The notes under the pieces are model-generated. The model was given only the letters and a program-made list of their open reading frames with translations, made no database searches and was not told where the DNA came from. 64,000 bases of DNA from an uncultured Gammaproteobacteria bacterium (GTDB lineage: Bacteria; Pseudomonadota; Gammaproteobacteria; Pseudomonadales; Azotimanducaceae): the NCBI GenBank assembly GCA_913051785.1, contig CAJXCK010000001.1, forward strand, positions 3,709-67,708, in the 5' to 3' direction. Each line of letters begins with the position of its first letter. Positions within the stretch are counted from its first letter, which is position 1. The translations under genes and the position numbers were made by a program. Shown here piece after piece: positions 20,159-29,690 of this stretch.

Positions 20159-21006
20159 TAATAATTGGCTTCGATTGGGCGAGAGCTGTCTTGTATCCAT
20201 TCGCTCCAAGAGCCTGCAAAAAGAGTAAGCTCTCCGAGTGCTGCGATATTTGCAGCCAAAATGTTGTGGCAAGCGCTCACGCCAGAACCACAGTAGCAAA
20301 CCACCTCCAGTATCCTGTCGCCATAAATCTCTTCAAATCTTGCTCTCAATTTCTCAGCCTTCTTGAAGCGTAGATTAGGGTCTAGGTTTTCTTGGAAAGG
20401 CAGGCAGAATGCGCCAGGAATGTGGCCGGCAGTTTTATCTATTGGCTCTGTTAACCCTGAATATCTCTCGCGTGGTCGAGCGTCAACGAGGTTAATTTCC
20501 TTTGAACTGGTATTTTGCAGTAGTTCTGCCAGATCATTTATTTCTATAAGTTTTGTCAGCATCTTGCTGGGTGAATAGTATGATTTTGTTGCTCTTGCCG
20601 GATTTTTACCAGACTCCAATTTATCTTCCCATTGCTGTATTCCGCCGTCGAGAAGTGCAACGTTTTCGTGTCCCAGCCATCTCATCATCCACCAAAATCG
20701 TGCCGCATACATGCCTCCCACATCGTCATAGGCAACAATTTGGTCGTTATTTTTTATGCCAAGGTTCCTTACCGTTTCGAGCCAATTATTCCTATCTGGC
20801 AAGGGGTGTCTTCCTCGCACACCGGGCTCTCCACTGAGGTCACGATTCAGATCAACGAATCGCGCTCCCGGTATTCTCCCTCGTTTAAAAGCTTCGAATC
20901 CATAGCGATCATTCGCTAAATCTGCTCTGCAATCGATCAAGGAGACACTGTCAAATTTGAGTTCCAGATCAGCTGCGCTGATGATGGTTGAGTAGCTTTT
21001 CTGCAT
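20158..21006 (-). CDS. sseA: 3-mercaptopyruvate/thiosulfate sulfurtransferase (tandem rhodanese)
   Basis: Two rhodanese domains with the active-site loop CYCGSGVSAC (MST-like CGSGV). 282 aa. Confidence 0.85.
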   Translation of the reverse strand: MQKSYSTIISAADLELKFDSVSLIDCRADLANDRYGFEAFKRGRIPGARFVDLNRDLSGEPGVRGRHPLPDRNNWLETVRNLGIKNNDQIVAYDDVGGMYAARFWWMMRWLGHENVALLDGGIQQWEDKLESGKNPARATKSYYSPSKMLTKLIEINDLAELLQNTSSKEINLVDARPRERYSGLTEPIDKTAGHIPGAFCLPFQENLDPNLRFKKAEKLRARFEEIYGDRILEVVCYCGSGVSACHNILAANIAALGELTLFAGSWSEWIQDSSRPIEANY

Positions 21007-21020
21007 CGCATTGCGCCAGA

Positions 21021-22730
21021 TTACATTTTTTCTAAAACTTTGATGCCTAAAAGGTCCAAGCCGTTGGATAGTTTTGTCGCTACTTTAGAAGTAATGGCTA
21101 ATCTTCTGAGTCTGTCCTTTTCAGGTGAGCTAAGGATTGGCAGTTCTTCGTAAAAGCGAGCAAAGGCTGTCGCGATTTCATATAACTGGAGACAAAGTAG
21201 ATGGGGGAGGCATTCTCGAGAAACTGAGTCTATAACATCATTTAGTTGGGCCATTTTAAGGACCAAACGTCTCTCTATCGGTCCCTCTGGTTGGGGTTCT
21301 TTTGGTAGATCTGAATCAGTAAGCTCCGACCTTATCAGCAGGCTTTTTGATCGAGTATACATATACATGAGATACGGGGCCGTATTCCCCTCCATGCTCA
21401 GCACCATCTCCCAGTCGAAAACGTAATCAGTTTCTCTATGCTTGGAAAGTTCCGAGTATCTTATGGAAGCGATACCAATCGCGTTTGCAATTTCTTCAAC
21501 GCTTGAGAGATCGGCTTTGTCATTCTTTGCGAGAAAAATTTCCTTCGCTCTTTCCCTCGACTCCTTGATCAAATCCGCTAACTTGACCGTATTCCCATCT
21601 CTGGTCTTAAAAGGTTTTCCAGCCTTATTAAGAATTGCCCCATTGCTAATATGATCCATTACTACTTTTGGAGGACATAGCCCAGCTTTACGCGCGAGAG
21701 CAAAAATCTGCTTGAAATGCAGAGTTTGTCTTGCATCCACAAAATATAGGATTCGATCGGCTCGCAGTTCATGAGCACGATGGCGTATGGCCGCCAAATC
21801 AGTTGTGGAATAAAGGTAGCCACCGTCAGACTTTTGAACAATGACTGGCTGCTTTTCTCCATTTTTATCAGTGAATTCATCGAGGAAAACGCAGAGAGCA
21901 CTGTTCGATTTAGTTATAAGTCCTTCTTTTGTGAGAGTTTCCATTATTGCGGGTATCGTTCCCTTATATTGGCTTTCCCCGAAGGTGTCTTTCTGGTGGA
22001 GAGTCACATTGAGGTCGCTATAGATTGCTTCGCAATGCGACATCGAGATTTCAATAAACGCTCTCCACTTTACCAGCACGTCCGGTTGGTCTTGTTGTAA
22101 AGCTACGACATAAGACCTACTTTTCTCCGCAAAATCTGGGTCTTCATCGAACTGTTTTTTAGCCTTTTGGTAAAAGATCTCGAGATCTTTGAGGTCGTCT
22201 GCTGAAGTTCCTGCACTATCCAAGTACGCAATCAACATCCCGAATTGAGTACCCCAGTCTCCGACATGGTTTTGTCGAATAACTTTATGTCCCTGATATT
22301 CGAAGACCCTGGCCATCGTATCGCCAATCAAAGTAGTTCTAAGATGTCCGACGTGCATTTCTTTAGCTAAGTTTGGGGAAGAAAAGTCTACGACCACAGT
22401 CTCAGCATTATCTGTTTGCGGAGGAGGGGAATTGACGGCTCGGATTAGGAAATCAGGTTTCAATGTAAGATTTAAGAATCCTGGTCCGGCAATTTCAATC
22501 TTTGAGACGATTTCTTCGATAGTTTCATCACTTTCTAGGGCTTGTTTAAGATTTCCCGCTAACTCTCTTGGGTTTTCTTTCAGCCTTTTCGCAGCCGCCA
22601 TCATTCCGTTGACCTGGTAATCTCCGAATTCCTCTCGAGAAGCGTTTTGGATCAAAGCGGGCATACCATCAAGATTTGAACGGGACATAATTGCCTCAAT
22701 CCGTTCGGTCAGGATTTTTTTCAAGAGCAT
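21021..22730 (-). CDS. argS: Arginine--tRNA ligase
   Basis: FSSPNLAKEMHVGHLR (HIGH-type), a DALR anticodon-binding C-terminus, 569 aa. Confidence 0.95.
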   Translation of the reverse strand: MLLKKILTERIEAIMSRSNLDGMPALIQNASREEFGDYQVNGMMAAAKRLKENPRELAGNLKQALESDETIEEIVSKIEIAGPGFLNLTLKPDFLIRAVNSPPPQTDNAETVVVDFSSPNLAKEMHVGHLRTTLIGDTMARVFEYQGHKVIRQNHVGDWGTQFGMLIAYLDSAGTSADDLKDLEIFYQKAKKQFDEDPDFAEKSRSYVVALQQDQPDVLVKWRAFIEISMSHCEAIYSDLNVTLHQKDTFGESQYKGTIPAIMETLTKEGLITKSNSALCVFLDEFTDKNGEKQPVIVQKSDGGYLYSTTDLAAIRHRAHELRADRILYFVDARQTLHFKQIFALARKAGLCPPKVVMDHISNGAILNKAGKPFKTRDGNTVKLADLIKESRERAKEIFLAKNDKADLSSVEEIANAIGIASIRYSELSKHRETDYVFDWEMVLSMEGNTAPYLMYMYTRSKSLLIRSELTDSDLPKEPQPEGPIERRLVLKMAQLNDVIDSVSRECLPHLLCLQLYEIATAFARFYEELPILSSPEKDRLRRLAITSKVATKLSNGLDLLGIKVLEKM

Positions 22731-22733
22731 TGG

Positions 22734-23288
22734 TTAATTCATTCGTTCAATAATCTCGATACTGATCGCCTGCCTGCCACGTTGATTTTCAGCGATGGAA
22801 AATCGCACCTGTTGGTGTTCTCTGAGGAACAACCTCGCTCCATCCGCACTATCAGATATCGATCGCTGATGAGCGAATAATTCCTCGCCTGATTCAGCCG
22901 TAATGAAGCCATAGCCTTTAGTTCTGTTGAACCATTTCACGGTCCCGTCGACATTCTGTTCTACAATTTTTCCGTCGCCGTCCGATTTTTCCGTTCTGCT
23001 TTTGCTTTGGTTAGATGTTCTTTTCCTCGGGCTGTTTCTAGTTTGGCCTTTGCCATTAGCACTTCTCCGACTCGTTCCATTAGGCTGTGACTTTTTGCTA
23101 AATGCAGAAACCTGGCCACTAAATCTCGTTAAAGCCAGCCCGTAGAGTGTGAGAAGGAGAGCAAGAAAAACTGAAACAGAGATAATGTCTTCAGGACTAA
23201 CGTCTCTCAGCCATACTCGACTGGAGATCTCGATGAACAGGTAGGTAAACAGGAGCGCTATCGAGAGCGAGAAAATTAAGTTTTTCAT
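22734..23288 (-). CDS. Membrane-anchored cold-shock-domain protein
   Basis: Two N-terminal hydrophobic helices and a 50-60 aa Ser/Arg/Lys/Asn-rich linker, followed by a C-terminal CSD (GTVKWFNRTKGYGFITAESGEELFAHQ, with RNP1-like KGYGFI). It lies 3 nt upstream of argS. Confidence 0.75.
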   Translation of the reverse strand: MKNLIFSLSIALLFTYLFIEISSRVWLRDVSPEDIISVSVFLALLLTLYGLALTRFSGQVSAFSKKSQPNGTSRRSANGKGQTRNSPRKRTSNQSKSRTEKSDGDGKIVEQNVDGTVKWFNRTKGYGFITAESGEELFAHQRSISDSADGARLFLREHQQVRFSIAENQRGRQAISIEIIERMN

Positions 23289-23400
23289 TCAATAAGCCGA
23301 GACAAAGAGAGGAGTATAACCTATGGAGGCTTATTTGTTTTTTCTTCTCCCCTAATCCATCGGCGGCTTCAAGCTTGAGATTTTGGTTAGCGCTTTGCCT

Positions 23401-24129
23401 CTATAGGTCGCGTGTCTTTGTTGCAATAATCGTGACGGGCGAAACCGGCAAACCAAAAAAACCTTCTCTGGATTCAGTGTCTTGTAACTCGATATCTTCA
23501 ATTATCTCGAAGCCGCCTACGACTTTTCCAAAAACGGTGTAGCCTGGATTGCCCGTTGCGCTGTCGAGATGTTTATTGTCTCTTAGATTGATAAAGAATT
23601 GAGTATCCGCTGAGTCTGGTTCCGACAAACGAGCCATTGCGACGGTGTGTTTAGCGTTTTTCAACCCATTAAAGGATTCGTTCATAATTTTTTGTTCGCT
23701 GGAGAAATATTTCAGCTCAGAGTTGTATCCGCCTGCCTGAATAACAAAATTTGGTATCACTCGATGGAAGATTAGTCCGTGATAGAAACCTTCGTTTACC
23801 AGGCGAAGAAATTGCTTAACGTGATGTGGAGCCTTTTCTGGGAATAACTCGATTAGGATCTTGTTTTCTTCTTCATTATTGCTCTCTAGTTTGATGGAGA
23901 GCTCTATGATCGGCGTCTTCTTGTTGGCTGCTTTTGGTTCTATCTGAACGAGTTTTTCTTGAGGACCCGTAACTGATTGGGAAGTTCCCGAATTATTTGT
24001 TTCGGATACACCCGAGATGATGTGAGAAGCATTAGTGGATAATGAAAAGAAAATAAAAAAGCGAAAGGCAATCGACCAGGTCTCGTTTAAATCCCAAATC
24101 CTCCGAGATAATATGGATTTTGATTTCAC
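23401..24129 (-). CDS. Cyclophilin-type peptidyl-prolyl cis-trans isomerase, probably exported
   Basis: FHRVIPNFVIQAGG...YTVFGKVVGG cyclophilin core, preceded by a hydrophobic N-terminus and a linker. Confidence 0.88.
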   Translation of the reverse strand: MKSKSILSRRIWDLNETWSIAFRFFIFFSLSTNASHIISGVSETNNSGTSQSVTGPQEKLVQIEPKAANKKTPIIELSIKLESNNEEENKILIELFPEKAPHHVKQFLRLVNEGFYHGLIFHRVIPNFVIQAGGYNSELKYFSSEQKIMNESFNGLKNAKHTVAMARLSEPDSADTQFFINLRDNKHLDSATGNPGYTVFGKVVGGFEIIEDIELQDTESREGFFGLPVSPVTIIATKTRDL

Positions 24130-24908
24130 GATTCATCTCCTAATATTTCTTTATATCGAAGTACGGCCGCTCGCAAGCCAAATTTCAAAGCATCTGCGAC
24201 CAGCGCATGGCCGATAGACACCTCCTTCAAACCGGGAAGCGTTTTATAAAGCTTTAGGTTACTCAGATCGAGATCGTGTCCCGCATTTACCTCCAGGCCC
24301 AGGGATTCAGCATAAACCGCGGCTTGTTTATGCTGCTTGAAAATATTTTTTGTCTCTTCCCTGTCCCCACCAAAAAGTGAATGAGCTTTTGCGAATGGCC
24401 CTGTATAGAGTTCAATTCTTTGAGCACCGAGATGGCCGACTTGACCGATTTTTTCAGTGTCTGCATCCATAAATAGACTCACCCTACACCCCACTTCTCT
24501 CAATCTTTCCACGACAGATCGTAGGCGTTCCAGTTCTTTTTTTGGGGTTACTTCCCACCCATGGTCTGAGGTGAGTTGATGATCAGTGTCGGGAACTAGA
24601 GTTACTTGAGAGGGTCTTATTGAGAGAACCATGGCCATGAAACCAGGGTAGCCGTTTTCCGACTGGTTTGTGAAAGGATTACCCTCCACATTTAATTCTA
24701 TGTGTTGATATTCTGAATTGACCAATTCTGAGAGTTGACGAACGTCCTCTGGGAGCGCATGTCGAAGATCCGGACGAGGGTGAATAGTAAGCCCATCTGC
24801 TCCAGCATTGATAGCAACGCGAGCGGCCTCGAGCATGCTCGGGGAGTCGTTATTACGCGAGTTTCTGAGTAAGGCGATTTTGTTCAAGTTGACGCTAAGC
24901 TTGGTCAT
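24126..24908 (-). CDS. pdxJ: Pyridoxine 5'-phosphate synthase
   Basis: LSVNLNKIALLRNSR...GADGLTIHPRPDLRH...NAGHDL... Start at Met47 of the track ORF, overlapping the yciB stop (ATGA). Confidence 0.88.
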   Translation of the reverse strand: MTKLSVNLNKIALLRNSRNNDSPSMLEAARVAINAGADGLTIHPRPDLRHALPEDVRQLSELVNSEYQHIELNVEGNPFTNQSENGYPGFMAMVLSIRPSQVTLVPDTDHQLTSDHGWEVTPKKELERLRSVVERLREVGCRVSLFMDADTEKIGQVGHLGAQRIELYTGPFAKAHSLFGGDREETKNIFKQHKQAAVYAESLGLEVNAGHDLDLSNLKLYKTLPGLKEVSIGHALVADALKFGLRAAVLRYKEILGDES

Positions 24909-25501
24909 CAACCGTTGTCCTCCAACTCGGTCACTTTGGTCTCGACAGAGGCCTCGTTGAAATTGCTTTTGAGGAGTAGCGCGCCGGTAGCAAATAAATA
25001 TACGGGAAGCATGATTGGTAGAACGAAGCTTTTGAATGAAACCCATGTGCTCAACTCAAAGCTTTTTGCGACATAGATATTTGCGGTGCCGATAATTAGT
25101 AGGCCAATAATCCAAGCGAAAGAGAGCGCGTTCCAACGAGATGTTGCAGCTTCAATCGTGAAGCCAGCTTTATCGGAAAAGCTTTGGATTAGCTTCTGAA
25201 GCGGGTTTTCTTTACCGAAAATAGTCCATAAGAGCAGAAGAAGCGCTAGTCCGAAGTACAATATCGTGGGCTTCCATTGTATGAACTCTTCGCTTTGAAA
25301 GAACAGAGTGAGAGAACCGAACAGAAGGACGAGAAGGAAGCTTGCCTTCAGCAACGGATCGATGGGCTTGCCAGATACAAAGGAAATAAGGATCTGCAAT
25401 GTCATAGCTATCATAAGTACAGCGGTTGCGACAAAAATATCGTAGATCCAGAACGAGACAAAGAAGGCAACTACAGGGAAGAGATCGATCAAAAAGTTCA
25501 T
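24908..25501 (-). CDS. yciB: Intracellular septation protein A (YciB/IspZ)
   Basis: MNFLIDLFPVVAFFVSFWIYDIF... is a typical YciB N-terminus. It is a 5-TM protein of about 197 aa from Met10. Confidence 0.85.
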   Translation of the reverse strand: MNFLIDLFPVVAFFVSFWIYDIFVATAVLMIAMTLQILISFVSGKPIDPLLKASFLLVLLFGSLTLFFQSEEFIQWKPTILYFGLALLLLLWTIFGKENPLQKLIQSFSDKAGFTIEAATSRWNALSFAWIIGLLIIGTANIYVAKSFELSTWVSFKSFVLPIMLPVYLFATGALLLKSNFNEASVETKVTELEDNG

Positions 25502-25732
25502 TTTATTTCCGGGGAAATGATGGAGCAATGATAAAGCAAATTTTAGCGTATGTTACACCGACAAATCTTGACCCTAGTTCGCGTTCTTCGTCGATCCTGA
25601 TTTTGATATACTGATTAGGGATCATAAGTTATGCTCAAAAGCGAGTTACGTCTCTACTTTGTGATAACACACCGAGCGAGAGAATTAATGCGAACGCCAA
25701 TCGAGTCTCAACAAGAGGGGAGTTAGCTGCAG

Positions 25733-26575
25733 GTGCGTGCAGACATCCAGGAAACGGTCCCGATAGTTGCTGGGAAACCAGTGGTTGAACTCCCTGCCGA
25801 CCTATACATACCACCCGATGCGCTTCAAGTTTTCTTGGATGCTTTTGAGGGGCCGTTAGACCTCCTTTTGTATTTAATTCGAAGGCAAAATATAGATATT
25901 CTGGACGTAAAAATTTCAGAAATTACAGCACAATACGTATCCTATATTGAATTGATGCAGAGCCTAGAGCTCGAGCTTGCTGGCGAATATTTATTGATGG
26001 CATCGATTTTAGCCGAGATAAAGTCCAGGCTTCTATTACCTCGCGTCGAGACCGAGATTCAGGAAGAGGATCCCCGAGCAGATTTAATAAGAAGACTTCA
26101 GGAGTATGAGCAAATTAAACATGCAGCGGAGAATTTAGACGCAATACCGAGGTTAGAAAGGGATTATTTTACCTCTGCTGCCTTGAAGCCGAACCTTGTT
26201 CGGCAGATTGCGGATCCAACAGTCGATTTGAAGGATCTAATGACCGCTTTTGCAGAGGCAATGAGGCGAGCTGAAATGTTCAAATCTCACGAGGTACAAT
26301 TGGAACCGCTATCCGTAAGCGATCGAATGTACTCTATAATGGAAAAATTGAAGTCCCAGCAAGGCTATCTTGGATTAGAGCATTTTTTTTCAGTTGAAGA
26401 AGGCCGTAAGGGCGTTATTGTGACTTTTTTGGCGTTGATGGAAATGATTAGAGACTCGCTAGTAGAGTTTCAACAATCCGCCATTTTTGCTCCCATCTAT
26501 GTCCAGCTCAGCGGTGTCGAACCGCTCGAATCGCAACAACGTGGAATAGCTGAGTTAGATAGCAACTGCTCCTGA
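25733..26575 (+). CDS. scpA: Segregation and condensation protein A
   Basis: FEGPLDLLLYLIRRQNIDILDV is the hallmark ScpA motif. It is followed by scpB. GTG start. Confidence 0.9.
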   Translation: MRADIQETVPIVAGKPVVELPADLYIPPDALQVFLDAFEGPLDLLLYLIRRQNIDILDVKISEITAQYVSYIELMQSLELELAGEYLLMASILAEIKSRLLLPRVETEIQEEDPRADLIRRLQEYEQIKHAAENLDAIPRLERDYFTSAALKPNLVRQIADPTVDLKDLMTAFAEAMRRAEMFKSHEVQLEPLSVSDRMYSIMEKLKSQQGYLGLEHFFSVEEGRKGVIVTFLALMEMIRDSLVEFQQSAIFAPIYVQLSGVEPLESQQRGIAELDSNCS

Positions 26576-26621
26576 ATGTTGTGTATACGAAGAAACAAAC
26601 CAGATTTTTTCTCGGAGAGGT

Positions 26622-27269
26622 GTGTTGACGATTGATGAGGGCTTTCCGTCCGAGAAGGTAAAAGCAATTATTGAAGCTGCTCTCCTGTCAGCTGATGGGC
26701 CTGTGCCTTTAGACAGGTTGGTGGGACTTTTTAAAGATGATGAGATCGCCTCAGATATTAAGGAAAAGAGGCAAATAATAAAAACAGCGCTCAAAGAGCT
26801 CAACGATGAATGTGAGAATCGAGGAGTCGAACTTGCCAATTTGGCGGGTGGCTATAGATTTCAATCAAGGCAAGATTTGTCGCCTTGGATAAGCAGGCTG
26901 TGGGATGAAAAACCACCCCGATATACGAGAGCTTTATTAGAAACTCTGGCGATAATCGCCTATCAGCAACCCGTTTCTCGTGGAGATATTGAGCAAATTC
27001 GCGGTGTGGTTGTCAGTCCTAATATCATGCGCACTTTGATGGACCGGGAATGGGTTCAGTCCCTGGGTCATCGCGAGGTGCCCGGGAGACCGATGCTGTA
27101 CGGGACGACGCGTTCGTTCTTGGATTATTTCGGTGTCAAAAAAATTTCAGACTTACCACCACTGGAGGAGATAAAACAGTTGGTTGATCCTGCTTTCATT
27201 GGGGCCGAAGTAGAGTCAGAAGAAATCCCGAAATCATTTGATACTGAAGTTCCTCCTCTCGAAGAATGA
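26622..27269 (+). CDS. scpB: Segregation and condensation protein B
   Basis: IEAALLSADGPV..., LETLAIIAYQQPVSRGDIEQIRGV winged-helix blocks, and an acidic tail. Confidence 0.88.
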   Translation: MLTIDEGFPSEKVKAIIEAALLSADGPVPLDRLVGLFKDDEIASDIKEKRQIIKTALKELNDECENRGVELANLAGGYRFQSRQDLSPWISRLWDEKPPRYTRALLETLAIIAYQQPVSRGDIEQIRGVVVSPNIMRTLMDREWVQSLGHREVPGRPMLYGTTRSFLDYFGVKKISDLPPLEEIKQLVDPAFIGAEVESEEIPKSFDTEVPPLEE

Positions 27270-27294
27270 GAATAACTCCCGGCGAGTATTACAA

Positions 27295-28137
27295 ATGAAT
27301 AAGTCTGTCAGTCAAAAGTGTAACAAACTGCAAAAGACCATCGCCGACAGAGGACTGGCCTCCCGTCGGGAAGCAGAAAGGTGGATAGAAGCTAGACGGG
27401 TCAAGGTGAATGGAGAAGTGGCCCATCTTGGCCAGAGAGTCTCCGTCGACGATCTGATAGAAATAGATGATGAGACGCTTACAAAAACTCCATCAGTTAG
27501 TTGTAGAGTCCTATTGTTGAACAAACCCGCGGGCGTGATTTGCTCTCGGAAAGATGCGCTGCATAGATCGAGTGTTTTCGACAACTTGCCAACCTTAACT
27601 GCAGGCCGCTGGGTTTCGGTCGGCCGATTGGATCTGCAAAGCTCGGGAGTCTTGCTGTTTTCGACTGATGGTCAACTTGCTGACAAGCTGATGCATCCCA
27701 GCAGTGGTCTGGATCGGGAGTATGCAGTGCGTGTGAGAGGGCGACTCGACGAGGCTCAGTTGGATTTGGCTCTGAGCGGGGCAAACATAGATGGAGAACA
27801 GCTGAGGTTTTCTGATATCCGATTTTTCAATGGAAGCTCGAGCAACTCGTGGTATCACGTCGTCCTAATGGAGGGGAGGAATCGAGAAATTCGTCGTCTC
27901 TTTGAATTTTTGGGAAGTCCCGTGAGTCGCCTGAAAAGGGTAAGGTATGGTCCTGTTATCGCCCCGTCATGGCTTAAAACAGGCCAATACACAGAGTTGA
28001 ACATTACCGATGTCTCTAAATTATATCGGTTAGTAGGTCTCTCAGCGCCGGACAAAAATAAGATGACAAAAAAACATGGAGGTTCGAAATATCAGGCGAC
28101 AAAGAGCTGTCTTATCGATTATCCGAACCTTGTTTAG
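27295..28137 (+). CDS. rluB: 23S rRNA pseudouridine synthase B (RsuA/RluB family)
   Basis: S4 domain (LQKTIADRGLASRREAERWI) plus catalytic GRLDLQSSGVLL. It follows scpAB, as in many gammaproteobacteria. Confidence 0.88.
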   Translation: MNKSVSQKCNKLQKTIADRGLASRREAERWIEARRVKVNGEVAHLGQRVSVDDLIEIDDETLTKTPSVSCRVLLLNKPAGVICSRKDALHRSSVFDNLPTLTAGRWVSVGRLDLQSSGVLLFSTDGQLADKLMHPSSGLDREYAVRVRGRLDEAQLDLALSGANIDGEQLRFSDIRFFNGSSSNSWYHVVLMEGRNREIRRLFEFLGSPVSRLKRVRYGPVIAPSWLKTGQYTELNITDVSKLYRLVGLSAPDKNKMTKKHGGSKYQATKSCLIDYPNLV

Positions 28138-28952
28138 TTCGGAAATTCCCAGGTTCGTGCGTCGATTTGACCTCCGGTACCGGGCAAATCTCTTGAGAGA
28201 GAGCAATCTAGTAGCGAGCCGATTACAAGTAGCGAGAATAGAGGCATAAGAGTAGAGGCGTCTGGGACTGTTTTGCTATCTTCGAAGGGGTAAGCTTCCT
28301 TGCGCATTTTCGTTCTTGTGGCACCTGGATTGATGCTGAAGACTTTCATTTTTCCTTGGTCCTCTGTCTCGTCGGCCAGTATTTGGCTGATGCCTTCTAC
28401 AGCAAATTTTGAGACCGCGTAAGCCCCCCAATAAGCTCTTGCTTTCCTTCCGACTGTCGAGGAGACGTGGATTACACAACTCCTTTCACCTGCTTCCAAC
28501 AAGTCAAAGAGTCCCTGATTAAGCAAGAAAACAGAATTAGCATTCGTCATCATCACCTCAGCCCAGGCATCGGGGGGGTAGTGCGCCAAGGGAACCTTAG
28601 GCCCGAGTATCGAGGCGCAGTGAATCAAAGCGTCCAACCCTTTAAATTCGTTCTCAATGGAGTCGTGAAGCTTCCGAATATCCTCCTGTTCTAAACGAGA
28701 TAAATCGCATGGGGTGATGATTAATTCTCCCTGGCAAATAGGTGCGACTTGATCGAAGACGGCTTCTAATTTCTGTCGTGTTTTCCCGAGAAGGATAATG
28801 TTTGCACCGAGCAAGCCCAGGCATTTAGAGAGCTCCGCTCCAATCCCGTCGCTGGCCCCCGTGATCATTACTGTTTTATCTTTAAGCAGGTCTGATGCCA
28901 ATTGTTCCTTTATTTTCATGGGCCAGTTTTGGGCGTAATCAATAATGCTCAT
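28134..28952 (-). CDS. SDR family oxidoreductase (YciK-like)
   Basis: TGASDGIG NAD(P) motif and YAVSK catalytic motif. 272 aa. Confidence 0.82.
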   Translation of the reverse strand: MSIIDYAQNWPMKIKEQLASDLLKDKTVMITGASDGIGAELSKCLGLLGANIILLGKTRQKLEAVFDQVAPICQGELIITPCDLSRLEQEDIRKLHDSIENEFKGLDALIHCASILGPKVPLAHYPPDAWAEVMMTNANSVFLLNQGLFDLLEAGERSCVIHVSSTVGRKARAYWGAYAVSKFAVEGISQILADETEDQGKMKVFSINPGATRTKMRKEAYPFEDSKTVPDASTLMPLFSLLVIGSLLDCSLSRDLPGTGGQIDARTWEFPN

Positions 28953-28984
28953 AATATTTGTGGGCTGCCTGTTTTTTACTATTT

Positions 28985-29686
28985 TTAGACAGGTTTGCGC
29001 GCGTGAACAATATAATTGGTGGAGAGATCACTATTGAGACTGCAAGTTCTCCTGAAAGGGTCATATTGCATTCCAGCCATTTCGACGATTTCTAGTCGAG
29101 ATTTGCGCAGACAAGCGGCTAGCTCTGAAGGCTTAATGAACTTGTCATATGCATGAGTGCCGCGCGGCAGAATATTCAGAACGTACTCGGCACCGATGAC
29201 TAAGTAAAGATAGGCCTTTGGCGTTCTGTTGATTGTCGAGAAAAACAAGTTCCCGCCGGGTTTAGCGAGCCGTGCACAAGAGTCGATGGTCTCTTCTATG
29301 CTGGGCACGTGTTCAAGCATCTCCATGCATGAGAGTGTCTCAAAGTGGTCGCCATATTTGATAGACAGATCTTCAGCAGAGGTAGCCCTATAATCTACTT
29401 CAACTTCGGAGATTCGTGCGTGAAGCTTTGCCACTTCGAGCGCCCTATTGGCCAAATCTATACCTGTGACGTTTGTTGGAGAAATTTTTGCGAGACTCTC
29501 TGTAAGGATTCCCCCTCCACAGCCAACATCGATTACTGGTCCACTTGTCAAATTAGATCTCTGAAGAATGAAGTCCAGACGCAGTTGGTTTATATCGTGT
29601 AATGCTCGGAATTCGCCGTCTGTGTCCCACCATTTATGAGCTAGCTCATCGAACTTTTTGATTTCGGCATCGTTGATATTGCGCAT
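28985..29686 (-). CDS. ubiG: Ubiquinone biosynthesis O-methyltransferase
   Basis: EIKKFDELAHKWWD...DVGCGGGIL...MEMLEHVP, 233 aa. It shows synteny with mtaD and gyrA as in Pseudomonas. Confidence 0.92.
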   Translation of the reverse strand: MRNINDAEIKKFDELAHKWWDTDGEFRALHDINQLRLDFILQRSNLTSGPVIDVGCGGGILTESLAKISPTNVTGIDLANRALEVAKLHARISEVEVDYRATSAEDLSIKYGDHFETLSCMEMLEHVPSIEETIDSCARLAKPGGNLFFSTINRTPKAYLYLVIGAEYVLNILPRGTHAYDKFIKPSELAACLRKSRLEIVEMAGMQYDPFRRTCSLNSDLSTNYIVHARKPV

Positions 29687-29690
29687 ATTT

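Noticed and set aside
20159-20299. N-terminal extension of the mnmC ORF (47 codons) overlapping the sseA 3' end. Analogous extensions occur on pdxJ (to 25046), yciB (to 25528), argD (to 2143), the GST-like gene (to 54940) and rluB (from 27238).
   Set aside because: The homologous protein cores begin at internal Met codons that coincide with the upstream gene's stop (ATGA or TAATG junctions). The extensions have an atypical, Arg/Cys-rich composition.
25631-25726. A 31-codon ORF (MLKSELRLYFVITHRARELMRTPIESQQEGS) in the yciB/scpA intergenic region, as a possible leader peptide.
   Set aside because: It has no RBS, no regulatory codon run, no associated terminator or antiterminator structure, and no link to the downstream scpA function.
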